Source: Escherichia phage AV123. From it: a DNA stretch of 64,000 nucleotides. Location: sequence record OR352953.1. One strand, given 5' to 3'. The position numbers were made by a program, and so were the translations under genes. Under the pieces are notes generated by a model. The model did no database searches. It saw nothing but the letters and a program-made list of their open reading frames with translations, and was not told the origin of the DNA. This document shows, piece after piece, positions 18,346 through 28,094 of this stretch. The stretch's first letter is position 1. Each line of letters opens with the position of its first letter.

Positions 18346-18942
18346 TTACTCGAACCAATCGTCGCCAGCGCCAAACGCTTTAACTACATCATAAATGTCA
18401 AGTCCAGCTTTACCTACACCATATGCTTTCAGTTTCCATTCGCTATCTTCCCGCACCAGGGAGGCAACGTGGCAAATGGTATTACCTGCAAGTTCTGGAG
18501 CCAAGAAGTCAAAATCCAGCAGTTCAACGTTACGTTCATCATCGAAGATTTTAAGGAAACCTTCGGTAGCGTGACCAAGGCGTTTCTTACCCGTTTCGTC
18601 ATCAATAGTGATTACGAATGCAATTTCCTGTGCTTCAGCAGAGATATTATCCAGTGTAACATCAATCTGCTCCATTTGTCCTACACCGTCACGAACATCT
18701 TCACCTGCAAAAGTAGAACGTTCAGGATCAAATTTCTGTGCGTAGCATACCAGGTGGCGAGGAGACAACAGTTCCGGCAGACCAGATGCATTGTGTCGGC
18801 AAATCAGAGCACTAACATCCAGATCCAGTTTTTCGTTAGATTTCCAAGAGAATTCCAGACGAATGCGTTTCAGTGCTGGTGCAATCTTTTTCAGAGAAAC
18901 TTTTTCGCTAGAACCTTTTTTCAGGGAAATTTTCTGAGTCAT
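18346..18942 (-). CDS. TerD-family protein
   Basis: N-terminal ISLKKGSSEKVSLKK and acidic GEDVRDGVGQME region resemble TerD signatures; about 198 aa. Confidence 0.65.
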   Translation of the reverse strand: MTQKISLKKGSSEKVSLKKIAPALKRIRLEFSWKSNEKLDLDVSALICRHNASGLPELLSPRHLVCYAQKFDPERSTFAGEDVRDGVGQMEQIDVTLDNISAEAQEIAFVITIDDETGKKRLGHATEGFLKIFDDERNVELLDFDFLAPELAGNTICHVASLVREDSEWKLKAYGVGKAGLDIYDVVKAFGAGDDWFE

Positions 18943-19014
18943 AATTTATTATCTCCTTTGTTGTTAATTTACGTTGTCTATTTTACTAATCTTTTCTACA
19001 AAGTCAAGCGTTTT

Positions 19015-19809
19015 TTACGCTTTTGCTCCAAATTTTTTAACCCACTCGCCAAACTCTTCGGATAGCAGTTTATTGTAAAGTTCTTCGTCAGACAAGGACA
19101 AATCTGCAATACCGATAAAATCAACGTTATCGTATTCTTTTGCCAAGTCTTTCAGGAATTTAAAGTTTGCATTACCTACACCAACCATAAACCAGTAAAC
19201 AGGAGTGTTGCGGTGTTTGTTCAGCAAACTACGTACTGCTGAAGTATCCATGTTCTCCCCGTCAGTTTGGAAGAAAATCATTGCAGGAGTACGATCAACT
19301 TGTGCATCAGTATCTACAACCTGTTCTACAACAGTACGTGTAACTTCTACACGTTCTTTTTTACCAGTTAGTTTAGCAAGGAAACCCTTAGCCGGAACTT
19401 CTTCATACTCAACGACTTCGCGTGTAATATTTTTCATAGGTACACTACCGAAGTATGTATCATAGATCTCTTGCATTACTGGAGCATAAGCTGTACCACC
19501 ATTGATGCAAACATTAGACATACAAGAGCCGACATAATCATCATATACATCAGCCGTTGCAGGAGGCAGTTCAAAAGAAGAACTATTGAAAGCCCACATG
19601 TCAATCTGTGCATTATCATCAAACTTCATACCAAACGGCAGCAGCTTACCTACAAAATCACTGACAGTGCCATCACGATACAGCTCACACATACTACCCG
19701 AAATATCTAAGGCGCTACCTACACGAAGAACAACATCGTTAATCTTTTTCTTACGCAGGGATACAGTAAGAGTTTCTTGACGTTTTTTAAGACTGATTTT
19801 ATTGGACAT
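19015..19809 (-). CDS. vWA-domain protein (TerY-like)
   Basis: MIDAS motif DISGSM after a hydrophobic strand; TerD-like ISLKK N-terminus. Confidence 0.6.
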   Translation of the reverse strand: MSNKISLKKRQETLTVSLRKKKINDVVLRVGSALDISGSMCELYRDGTVSDFVGKLLPFGMKFDDNAQIDMWAFNSSSFELPPATADVYDDYVGSCMSNVCINGGTAYAPVMQEIYDTYFGSVPMKNITREVVEYEEVPAKGFLAKLTGKKERVEVTRTVVEQVVDTDAQVDRTPAMIFFQTDGENMDTSAVRSLLNKHRNTPVYWFMVGVGNANFKFLKDLAKEYDNVDFIGIADLSLSDEELYNKLLSEEFGEWVKKFGAKA

Positions 19810-19810
19810 A

Positions 19811-20080
19811 TTATTTCTCCTTTCTGACTGTAATGTTAGTAACTTCTAAATCCACTTCTACCACTTCTGTATCATATAAAATACAGTTAAGTTGACCTCT
19901 TTGTGAACCGTTCAGACACATTGCTTGGTTTGTATTAACCTTAATAAACACTAAGTTTCTGAACGTATCTAAACCAGCATCTTGATAGGCAACATAATAT
20001 ACGAATGTATCACCTGTGTCAAGTTCTCCAAAACATTTAGGTTCATCTGATTTGTCGTCTTTGATATTAAATTTAAGCAC
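19811..20080 (-). CDS. Hypothetical protein
   Basis: GTG start after AAGGAGA. Confidence 0.45.
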   Translation of the reverse strand: MLKFNIKDDKSDEPKCFGELDTGDTFVYYVAYQDAGLDTFRNLVFIKVNTNQAMCLNGSQRGQLNCILYDTEVVEVDLEVTNITVRKEK

Positions 20081-20636
20081 TGTCTTCTCCTTTACCTGCT
20101 CTCAAGCCTAAATAGAAAGCCTCTCTGGTGATCTTTTGCAACTCGTTTAAAGAGATAGTTACAACTAAATCATCTTCAATTTCTAGCTTTGAGTCTTCTT
20201 CTGTCTCAATGCAAGTATTATGCACTTTGTGGTAAGGATTGTCAACACGTTTAAATTTATTATTTTCAGTGCTGAAGAAGCAATCTGGATCTTCTTCCCC
20301 ATCACCCCAACCCTGGTTAGGATCTTCTTCAGATCTTTCTGTTGGGATCTCGCCTGTAAAGTGCTCTTCTAATACCAGAGCAATCCCATCTCCAAGATCG
20401 GAAGAGAACATCAAATTACAAACTTCTTCCCAAGGCATAGACCACTTAAATCTTTTACGATTGCCATGTTTATCTTCTTCGTTAGAGAAAACACTACCAT
20501 AGCTATCATAATTCCCATACATCTCTTCGACAACCTTACCACCTTTCAAAAGAAATAGGTAGCAAGGAGAGCCATCGAAAGAGGTAGAAAGAGCAGCATT
20601 ACCAGACTCTTTGCACAAGAAACTAAAACACCCCAT
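20073..20636 (-). CDS. Hypothetical acidic protein
   Basis: Start overlaps upstream stop (TAATG). Confidence 0.45.
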   Translation of the reverse strand: MGCFSFLCKESGNAALSTSFDGSPCYLFLLKGGKVVEEMYGNYDSYGSVFSNEEDKHGNRKRFKWSMPWEEVCNLMFSSDLGDGIALVLEEHFTGEIPTERSEEDPNQGWGDGEEDPDCFFSTENNKFKRVDNPYHKVHNTCIETEEDSKLEIEDDLVVTISLNELQKITREAFYLGLRAGKGEDSA

Positions 20637-20836
20637 TATACACCAGCCTTAAGATCAATTAAAGCCAAAGTTGTTTCAGAGTGTGTTTGCTCGTCTACAG
20701 GTGCAGTCATATGATAATACAAAAAATCTTCGGCATCATACCAATCTGATTCTTGACCTTGTTTCCAACCATCAATGAAAGCATCTTCCATAATGGTTTG
20801 CAATTCTTCACGAGTTAAGTGAATATCTTTACTCAT
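20636..20836 (-). CDS. Hypothetical protein
   Basis: Coupled ORF. Confidence 0.4.
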   Translation of the reverse strand: MSKDIHLTREELQTIMEDAFIDGWKQGQESDWYDAEDFLYYHMTAPVDEQTHSETTLALIDLKAGV

Positions 20837-21069
20837 TACACATTCTCCTCTTTTACCAATTCCATTGTTGAATTGTCAAAACCATCTTTAGAAGAATAGG
20901 TATAGACAGCACGTAGTTCTCGCAGGACAGTGAATACATTAGGATCATCTAACCAAGCATCCTGGAGGAGAACATAACGATCTTCATTGTCATACTGGAC
21001 AGCAATCATAGAGCCAGACAGTTTGTAAATTTTAATATTCATAATATATTTCTCCTTAAAGTAGACCAC
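20836..21069 (-). CDS. Hypothetical protein
   Basis: Coupled ORF. Confidence 0.4.
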   Translation of the reverse strand: MVYFKEKYIMNIKIYKLSGSMIAVQYDNEDRYVLLQDAWLDDPNVFTVLRELRAVYTYSSKDGFDNSTMELVKEENV

Positions 21070-22159
21070 GTTTAACAGTTTGAATCATACCATCTTCAAG
21101 AGATTGCACTTCTTGAATGTAATCAATACGAGCAGCACGGGCTTCAGTGTTGATTCGGTTAGTTTCTTCCAACATTTTAACTAAGTTTTCTTGATCACGA
21201 CGCAATGTTTCAATATCCAATACTTGACGATTAGCAAGTTGTGTAGCTTCAATCTGGTTTTGTGCAGCCAGATCACTACCCATTGCAATAGCAGCATTAA
21301 ATTCATTCAGTACGTTGTTCTGTGTATCGGCTGCTTTCTTCTGGCGCAGACTTTCAATATACATAGAAAAGTTTGCAGAGTAAGCAGGAATAACATTGTT
21401 CACAATATTACGGGCTGATCGCATCAAACTTGCAGATACTTTCTGCATACTTTGTACACGTGGCCCCATCTGAACGCACAGTAAGCGTAAGGCTTTCAGG
21501 TCTGCAATACGAATTTCAAGCAGATCCATAGTGTCACGAGTACGTTGACGCTCTTCTACTTCATTTTCAGGTAGTGTATTAAGGCGAACTTCTTCTTTTT
21601 CATAAGTAGCTGTTAGAAGCTCTATATCCCTGTTTAAGCTAAGAGCATATTTTGCAATAGCCTCCTCTAAACGTTGCAGATATCGTAAAGAATCTTCTTC
21701 TTTTTTCAAGTCTGTTTGGAGTGTCTTTACCAAACCCTCAATACGATTATTGATGGTGTCAAATTCTCCAAACAAATCTTCTTTCATACCTAATACTTTC
21801 TTAACTAACTTACCTAAACCTTTAGATTGTTTAATAGAATTAGGATCAAGTTGCTTTGCTTGCTTAATAAGTGCAGTTAAACGTTCACTCATTTCATCTC
21901 CCTGAGATGAACGCTGGTGTTTAAGCACTTCAGCATTAAGGTTACGAAGAGTAAGTCCTGCATCAGCACCAACTTGTTCAATCTCTTCACGAGACATTGG
22001 AGGCAGCATTTGTACAGGTCGTGCAACAGCAGGGGCATATACAGGACTTGCATCCATAGCACTTGGAGCAAACAAAGACTTACTTTTTTCTGTTGTTGCC
22101 GTGAATACACTCATTTCAGACGGTTTGCTTTTTACGGCACTGATAAAAGGACTGGACAT
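21056..22159 (-). CDS. Coiled-coil protein, possibly TelA-like
   Basis: 367 aa, extended heptad-rich helical regions; size and context within Ter-type cluster fit TelA/KlaB; no diagnostic motif seen. Confidence 0.4.
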   Translation of the reverse strand: MSSPFISAVKSKPSEMSVFTATTEKSKSLFAPSAMDASPVYAPAVARPVQMLPPMSREEIEQVGADAGLTLRNLNAEVLKHQRSSQGDEMSERLTALIKQAKQLDPNSIKQSKGLGKLVKKVLGMKEDLFGEFDTINNRIEGLVKTLQTDLKKEEDSLRYLQRLEEAIAKYALSLNRDIELLTATYEKEEVRLNTLPENEVEERQRTRDTMDLLEIRIADLKALRLLCVQMGPRVQSMQKVSASLMRSARNIVNNVIPAYSANFSMYIESLRQKKAADTQNNVLNEFNAAIAMGSDLAAQNQIEATQLANRQVLDIETLRRDQENLVKMLEETNRINTEARAARIDYIQEVQSLEDGMIQTVKRGLL

Positions 22160-22227
22160 TCAATTTCCTCCATATTCTTTAGTAGATGGTGATACCTCTG
22201 TACCACCATCATAACACAAATTAAGTA

Positions 22228-23079
22228 TTAAACAAACATATCTAAATAATTTGTAGTAATAAATGCTCCATCTGCTTCCAGATTAACATAACCAGTAGCA
22301 TTAGTGGTTAAGAAATCCAGATCGAAGGACTCTTTAACACCCCGTACCTCAACACGAGAGATATCGAATACAGGTAGTGTAACAGCCTCTTCGTGCAATA
22401 CCGTACCTTTGTAGGTTGCCTTAATGATAAACTTGATATTACCCGTTCCAGCATCATACAAAACACTTTCAAACCCTTTGAGAGTATATTTATCACCAGA
22501 AGTGAAGTGCAAAGTTGCTTTGTTTACAGTACGTTTTTTACGAGGAGTTCCTTTCACACGTTTATGATCACTACGTTTTTTGTACTTAGGAATGAATACA
22601 AACGATACATTCTGAAGAAAGGTATCAACATCAAGGATTTTAATATCCTCTGTTGCAGCAAATTTTGAAGTCGTTGCATCAAAATGCTTTTCCCTGCGAT
22701 CATACATAAAGATATCAAACCGATCTTCTAAATCAAACAAATTATGTATTTTAATTTCAGAATGCTTGCGCATTGCAGCAACCTTGAACTCTTCAAAACG
22801 TGGGTGTTCTACAAGTTCTTCAAGTTTTACACCAAAGACAGTATATTGCTTCGGAGTTTTTTCTGGTGTTGGCATTACAGAAGCATAATCCCCGATTGCG
22901 CTCTTAAAGCAAAATTGTTCTTGACCTGTATTTTTACCAACGAATTTACAGTATTCATCATTGTGCATACTTTCCTTAGTAGTACCAACAAACTCAAAAC
23001 CATCTTTATTCTTCTCAAGAATTTCTTGATTAAAGATCCAACCTTCCAGGTGATATACTTTACCAACTTCTAGTTTCAT
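22228..23079 (-). CDS. Hypothetical protein
   Basis: AAGGAG RBS. Confidence 0.5.
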   Translation of the reverse strand: MKLEVGKVYHLEGWIFNQEILEKNKDGFEFVGTTKESMHNDEYCKFVGKNTGQEQFCFKSAIGDYASVMPTPEKTPKQYTVFGVKLEELVEHPRFEEFKVAAMRKHSEIKIHNLFDLEDRFDIFMYDRREKHFDATTSKFAATEDIKILDVDTFLQNVSFVFIPKYKKRSDHKRVKGTPRKKRTVNKATLHFTSGDKYTLKGFESVLYDAGTGNIKFIIKATYKGTVLHEEAVTLPVFDISRVEVRGVKESFDLDFLTTNATGYVNLEADGAFITTNYLDMFV

Positions 23080-23114
23080 CTGTTTCTCCTTCTTATTTAA
23101 TCTGTATTAAATTA

Positions 23115-23720
23115 TTAACGACGACGTGAGCTACTAAAACTACGTTTCGACGAAGAATAACTTTTCGAAGACTTACTATAAGAGCTAATAGGACTTGAGT
23201 AAGACTTACGAGCAGAGTAATCACTATTCACTTTTGTTGTTGACGGGCGTGAATACGTTTGTACACTTTGCTGCTTAATTGTGTTTTGTTTAGTGGTTGT
23301 ATATGTATTCCCTTGTTTATCATAAAAACGATGCTTTTGTGTTGTATATGCTTTACTATTAGTTGTAGGAGCAGCGTTGTTATTGATAATTGTTGTATTG
23401 CTACCGCCATCTCTATAACCACCACCGCCACTATTACCACTCAACATATGACCAAGAAGCATACCTGTAGCAAACTCACCTACACCAGAAGAACCACTGC
23501 CGCCTCCTTGCACAACAACTGTTGAAGGTTGTGCAGGTGCTGCTTGAACAACTTGAGGTGCAGGCTGATTTACATATTGTTCATCTACCATCTGATTTGG
23601 TGTTTGTTGGTAACGTTGATTTTGTACATTTTCAGAATCATCACAACCTACCAGCAATGCACTACCTAAAACAACTGCAACAATAAAAGATTTAATGTTT
23701 TTCATTTGTAACCCTCTCAT
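23115..23720 (-). CDS. Putative lipoprotein with low-complexity Q-, G- and S/Y-rich regions
   Basis: Signal peptide with lipobox LVGC; C-terminal YSSPISSYSKSSKSYSSSKRSFSSSRRR. Confidence 0.55.
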   Translation of the reverse strand: MRGLQMKNIKSFIVAVVLGSALLVGCDDSENVQNQRYQQTPNQMVDEQYVNQPAPQVVQAAPAQPSTVVVQGGGSGSSGVGEFATGMLLGHMLSGNSGGGGYRDGGSNTTIINNNAAPTTNSKAYTTQKHRFYDKQGNTYTTTKQNTIKQQSVQTYSRPSTTKVNSDYSARKSYSSPISSYSKSSKSYSSSKRSFSSSRRR

Positions 23721-23898
23721 TTAAAGTCTCAACACAATTTTTAAAATCCCTAGAGAAACAATACATCTGTTCTCCGTTCCTGTTGATAGTAATTGTATGG
23801 TTATCAATGTATGTTGTCAAGATAAAAATCAAACAAAATAACCCTAAAGCAAAACAAATATTTTCAAACAGAATCCAAAGAACACGTAAAACTACCAT
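23692..23898 (-). CDS. Small hydrophobic protein (tentative)
   Basis: GAGGTGA RBS; fills otherwise empty gap upstream of lipoprotein gene. Confidence 0.3.
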   Translation of the reverse strand: MVVLRVLWILFENICFALGLFCLIFILTTYIDNHTITINRNGEQMYCFSRDFKNCVETLNERVTNEKH

Positions 23899-23937
23899 CA
23901 GATCACCTCAACAAAGCCCCCGAAGGGGCTTAATGAA

Positions 23938-24915
23938 TTAAGCAACAGTCTGGTCTTCTTTTTCAGGGAAGATTAAACTTGCAATAACACCCAACCCAAG
24001 AGTACCTAACACAATATACATACTGATCGTCGGATCAATGTGTGCTGGCAGGAAACTCATTTTTGCGTGCAGAGTTTCTGCAAACGGGTGATACATCAGT
24101 TTTACACCCACAAATACCAGGACTACGATAACTGCTTTCTCCAGATGAACCAAATACTTCAGTGCAACACTAAGAACAAAGAACAGAGCACGTAAACCTA
24201 AGATTGCACAGAGCATCGAAGAGAACACCAGTAGAGGTTCTTGTGTCACTGCAATTACTGCTGGAACAGAGTCTACTGCAAAGATTACGTCAACCATTTC
24301 CATTACAAACACACAAACCAGAGCCGGAGTTGCTACACGAACACCATTTTTGATTGTGAAGAACTTCTCACCATCCATCTGATCAGATACAGGGAACAGC
24401 TTACGAACAATGCGAGTAGCCCAGTGTTTAGAGTAATCAACTTCTGCATCATTATCTCCAGCGAATACCATTTTAGCCGCACAGAAAAGGATGACAGCAC
24501 CGAAGAAGATATTAACATACCAGCCCAAACTCAACAAGTAAGTACCTACTGCTACAAACACACCTCGGAAGACAATCGCACCTGCAATACCCCAAAGTAG
24601 AATCTTGTGCTGCAAGTGTGTGCTTTTAATACCAAAACTTGCGAAGACTGCCACAAATACTACTAAGTTATCTACAGAAAGAGATTTCTCCAACACATAC
24701 CCACTCAAAAACAAGCTCGCAAAATCAGCACCGTGTTGGAAGTATACAAAACCATAGTAGGCTAATGATACCCCAATCCAGAAAATTGACCAGCCAATTG
24801 CAGATTTAAATGAAATTTCTTTGTTTTCTCTGTGTCCAAAGAAGTCAATACAAATCGACAAGACTAAAATACCCACTAAAACAACCACATCAATAATTGG
24901 GAAACCCAGTTGCAT
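23938..24915 (-). CDS. TerC-family integral membrane protein
   Basis: Multi-pass hydrophobic profile; LEKSLSVDN matches the TerC E-x-SLS-x-DN motif. Confidence 0.75.
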   Translation of the reverse strand: MQLGFPIIDVVVLVGILVLSICIDFFGHRENKEISFKSAIGWSIFWIGVSLAYYGFVYFQHGADFASLFLSGYVLEKSLSVDNLVVFVAVFASFGIKSTHLQHKILLWGIAGAIVFRGVFVAVGTYLLSLGWYVNIFFGAVILFCAAKMVFAGDNDAEVDYSKHWATRIVRKLFPVSDQMDGEKFFTIKNGVRVATPALVCVFVMEMVDVIFAVDSVPAVIAVTQEPLLVFSSMLCAILGLRALFFVLSVALKYLVHLEKAVIVVLVFVGVKLMYHPFAETLHAKMSFLPAHIDPTISMYIVLGTLGLGVIASLIFPEKEDQTVA

Positions 24916-24933
24916 TCTTTTCTCCTCTTTAAT

Positions 24934-24952
24934 GCGGAGGACAATCCTCCGC
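24934..24952 (-). terminator. Hairpin
   Basis: GCGGAGGACAATCCTCCGC. Confidence 0.45.
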
Positions 24953-24992
24953 TCTATGTCTTATACTATAAACTGTTTTTAAAGAAAGTCAA

Positions 24993-25241
24993 CTAGTTCA
25001 GTTCTGTAATTTTAAGTTTATCTTCTTTGTTAATGACAGGGAAAGCTACAGCATCACCTACGTCATCAATAAAGCAAATAGCAATACCACCTTCCACTTT
25101 GCTAATCTGACCATTAAAGGCGTGATACGGGGCAGGAACTTGATCTCCATCTTCAAGGAGAATAGCCTCGTAAACCTTGCCGATAGTACAATCACGAGTG
25201 TTTCTAAATTTTTCAAGCACTTCAACATTTACTTTACGCAT
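24993..25241 (-). CDS. Hypothetical protein
   Basis: GAGAGGA RBS. Confidence 0.45.
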   Translation of the reverse strand: MRKVNVEVLEKFRNTRDCTIGKVYEAILLEDGDQVPAPYHAFNGQISKVEGGIAICFIDDVGDAVAFPVINKEDKLKITELN

Positions 25242-25255
25242 ATAAAAATCCTCTC

Positions 25256-25462
25256 TTATTTGTTAGATTGAAAGATACCACGAAGTACCGCAAGAATGAA
25301 CGTCACACAGACTACACTCCAAAACGTTACAGGAACATGATGCCAGTCTAAGCCGATAATGTCAATCATATAGTTGTATGCTAAAAGCAGTAGCCAACTA
25401 GGGATTAACACAATCAAAAACACAACAATAAAACAACCTAATACTGCTAAAACACCTGCCAT
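25256..25462 (-). CDS. Small membrane protein
   Basis: AAGGAG RBS; two hydrophobic helices. Confidence 0.45.
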   Translation of the reverse strand: MAGVLAVLGCFIVVFLIVLIPSWLLLLAYNYMIDIIGLDWHHVPVTFWSVVCVTFILAVLRGIFQSNK

Positions 25463-25471
25463 ACTTTCTCC

Positions 25472-26188
25472 TTATTTCAGTTTGTAAACAATTACATTTA
25501 AACCTTTGTTTACTAGAGTTTCTTCGATCATAAGTTTTACAATACTCCAAGAACCTCCAGCCAAACCACAACCAAGCATTGGTAAACCTACAATTTTACC
25601 GCCTGAAGATACAACATCGTCTCCCATACTATCTAACGCATTGTAGATAGCTTCATAATTCAGGTCACGCTTACCTTCCTCACGACGACTATAACCATAT
25701 TGTCCATATAAATTATAAATTGTCAAATTGTTTTCTGTATACTTAGTAAACGTACCTAATTTTTTATAATCACCACGTTTAGTGGCACAATCTGCTTTAA
25801 ACGCACCAGGCCACTTACTTTTAATTTTTGGTGCAATACCACTACCCATAGTGCAAAAACAGTTACAGCAGTGTGCTATAGCGTCTATATCGCCTCTCTC
25901 GGCTGCTGCTAAAAGATCACCGTATACCTCAATGATACCTGCTGGATAACTTGTTACAATTTCATCTTCCCAGTACATTTTCTCTACACCACCGATCAGT
26001 GCAAAGTTTTGTGTAATGCGATCATCAATATAGTTAAGACCTGAAACATACACAGCATATTCATCCTGTGCTGTAATACCTTGTACACGAATTCTTAAGA
26101 CACCATCTTTATCTGTTGCTACACGCCCAAAATCTTTTTCTGTAATATTGGTGATAGGATCTCCGAAAGTCATTACTTTATTAGACAT
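25472..26188 (-). CDS. Macro-domain protein (OARD1/TARG1/Poa1-like ADP-ribose processing)
   Basis: IAHCCNCFCTMGSGIA and LPMLGCGLAGGSWSIV...VIVYKL parallel the H-x-C-N...G-x-GIA and GCGLD...VYTL motifs of that macro family; start ATG overlaps upstream stop (ATGTCTAA). Confidence 0.7.
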   Translation of the reverse strand: MSNKVMTFGDPITNITEKDFGRVATDKDGVLRIRVQGITAQDEYAVYVSGLNYIDDRITQNFALIGGVEKMYWEDEIVTSYPAGIIEVYGDLLAAAERGDIDAIAHCCNCFCTMGSGIAPKIKSKWPGAFKADCATKRGDYKKLGTFTKYTENNLTIYNLYGQYGYSRREEGKRDLNYEAIYNALDSMGDDVVSSGGKIVGLPMLGCGLAGGSWSIVKLMIEETLVNKGLNVIVYKLK

Positions 26189-27038
26189 AATAATCCCCTT
26201 TAACATTAGATTTGTTGATAATGTTGCTTTCAAAAAATTGACGTAGGAAATCAAAGTTCTCTTTATATTTTTCAATGTTATTGTAGCCTTCTGCAAGGCA
26301 ACCAAAGAACAGTTGTTCTACATAATACAAAGGAAGCTGTGAAAGTGCAATTTTAAAATCAACTTCGCTTTGACTCATTAGATACTTAATAGGACGAACC
26401 AAACATTTAGCATCAGTTTCTTGCTTAATCATCTTAATAAAAGCTGCCAGGTTATTGATATAGTTGAAGTTAAGTGCAGCTTCGGTGTTGGCTTCTGTAC
26501 CTTCATACTTTGCAAAGTACAGGAAAAACGTATCGTTTTCAACACCTTCTTTGTCTAAAATTTCAATAAGTTTTTCTTCGTGCGTTCCTGTAATATTAAC
26601 ATCATCAATGAAAATCAGAGTTTTATTACCCCAGAAATCACGATTGATAGAGAAAGTGTCACCATCGATCAAAGCCTTACGATCTTCTTTGCTAAGAAAT
26701 CCATAATCATTGATATAGCTCACTTTACGATGAACGATATCCCACTCCACTGGTTTACCACCTTTGATAGAGATTAGGTAGTTGAGGTGATCTACAAAAT
26801 GTTCAGATAACACTGTAGCTGCATTTTTCACATAGTTATATGGAGATGGAATAACAACAAAACTTTCATTTACCAGTCGTTCTTCATACTTGGAAAAGAA
26901 ACTTTCAGCCAGAATGCGCCCCATTCTTTTTGCTGCCTGGTTACTACCAAACTTTAGTTTGGAATAATCTGCAATGTTAAATTTTGCTTCCTTCAGGTTA
27001 GTAAAAGTATTAGCAAAATGTTGAATTTGATTACGCAT
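26181..27038 (-). CDS. Phosphoribosyltransferase-like protein
   Basis: TLIFIDDVNITGTHEE resembles the type I PRTase PRPP-binding loop. Confidence 0.5.
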   Translation of the reverse strand: MRNQIQHFANTFTNLKEAKFNIADYSKLKFGSNQAAKRMGRILAESFFSKYEERLVNESFVVIPSPYNYVKNAATVLSEHFVDHLNYLISIKGGKPVEWDIVHRKVSYINDYGFLSKEDRKALIDGDTFSINRDFWGNKTLIFIDDVNITGTHEEKLIEILDKEGVENDTFFLYFAKYEGTEANTEAALNFNYINNLAAFIKMIKQETDAKCLVRPIKYLMSQSEVDFKIALSQLPLYYVEQLFFGCLAEGYNNIEKYKENFDFLRQFFESNIINKSNVKGDYYV

Positions 27039-27687
27039 TAATAAGTTCCTCTTTTTTAAGTTTAGCCAACAAGTCTTCTGGATTAATAATATGACAGAAC
27101 TTCATCCCTATGTCAACAGCTTTTCCATCATAAATCAAACTATCTCCAACGTGTAAAATCTCCTCTGGTGCGAGATCAAACGTCACCATTTCATCAAAAG
27201 AGAGTTTAAAAAACCTAGGATCTGGTTTACACAAGCAAAACTCGTCAGAAAAATGCATAAAGTCGAATGGTAATTTTGTTAAACCAGAATATACAGCTAA
27301 GAAACTACCTGGTACAAAATTAGTATTGCTCTTAATACTCAAAGAGTAGGTTGAACTTAGCTCTTCCAACTTCTTGCAAAGTTCAGGATTCAATGTTGGA
27401 GGATGTTTTATAAACATTGCCAAACAATCTCTTTTTAACCCATCCACTTTATCAAGATCAATGTTCAAACGAGTAGAAAGTGTTACCCAAGCATCCTTAG
27501 ACGTTCCACAAATGCCTTTTTCTGCTTTTAAATCCAAGAGAGTTTTTACCTCTTTATATACGGTAGCTGCTTCTGCCTCAGAACAAGAGGCATACTCGGC
27601 AATAACCTTGTTACGCTCTTCTGCATACAAAGGGTTAGCAGTAATAAGAGTATTCCATACATCAAAAGAAATATGCTTAACAGTCAT
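27031..27687 (-). CDS. HAD-superfamily hydrolase-like protein
   Basis: ISFDVWNTLI (motif I-like) and HVGDSLIYD (motif IV-like); start set at MTVKH after GGAGG. Confidence 0.5.
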   Translation of the reverse strand: MTVKHISFDVWNTLITANPLYAEERNKVIAEYASCSEAEAATVYKEVKTLLDLKAEKGICGTSKDAWVTLSTRLNIDLDKVDGLKRDCLAMFIKHPPTLNPELCKKLEELSSTYSLSIKSNTNFVPGSFLAVYSGLTKLPFDFMHFSDEFCLCKPDPRFFKLSFDEMVTFDLAPEEILHVGDSLIYDGKAVDIGMKFCHIINPEDLLAKLKKEELINA

Positions 27688-27689
27688 TT

Positions 27690-27845
27690 TTAATCCTCCG
27701 TCCAAAAGAATATCATCTGCTTAATTTTATTGATTTCTTGATGTAGTAACTTTCCAGCATGTGATTGATCTTTAATATTGACAGCAAGAATTTCAAGTTC
27801 CGTTAGTTTTTCTTGGATAGCTTTATATTCATCATCTGTAAGCAT
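27690..27845 (-). CDS. Small ORF (51 aa), not in track
   Basis: AAAGGGGAAG RBS before ATG at 27845; stop abuts HAD RBS. Confidence 0.3.
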   Translation of the reverse strand: MLTDDEYKAIQEKLTELEILAVNIKDQSHAGKLLHQEINKIKQMIFFWTED

Positions 27846-27856
27846 TTTCTTCCCCT

Positions 27857-28048
27857 TTAGAATGGTAATCTTTGTATGTCACTTATCCCCACACCAAGAA
27901 GTCTAGCAACATCCTTATCTAAAAGCAACTCTTTTTGTTCTAAAATGTTAATCAGATCTCCTAATACTTCTTTAATGTCACGATCATTTTTAGCAACGTG
28001 ACCACCTGCTGTATCAACTTTATCTTTAAAAACAAAATAATGATCCAT
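27857..28048 (-). CDS. Hypothetical protein
   Basis: Start set at second ATG (MDHYF) with GGAGGA 5 nt upstream. Confidence 0.4.
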   Translation of the reverse strand: MDHYFVFKDKVDTAGGHVAKNDRDIKEVLGDLINILEQKELLLDKDVARLLGVGISDIQRLPF

Positions 28049-28066
28049 AATATCCTCCATATAAAT

Positions 28067-28089
28067 AAAGGAGGCTTTCGCCTCCTTTT
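28067..28089 (-). terminator. Hairpin terminator
   Basis: AAAGGAGGCTTTCGCCTCCTTTT. Confidence 0.6.
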
Positions 28090-28094
28090 ATCAC

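Noticed and set aside
21056-22159. Calling the coiled-coil protein PspA/IM30 or a tail tape-measure fragment
   Set aside because: Length (367 aa) and position inside the Ter-type cluster fit TelA better; no structural genes nearby. Kept as a low-confidence TelA-like call.
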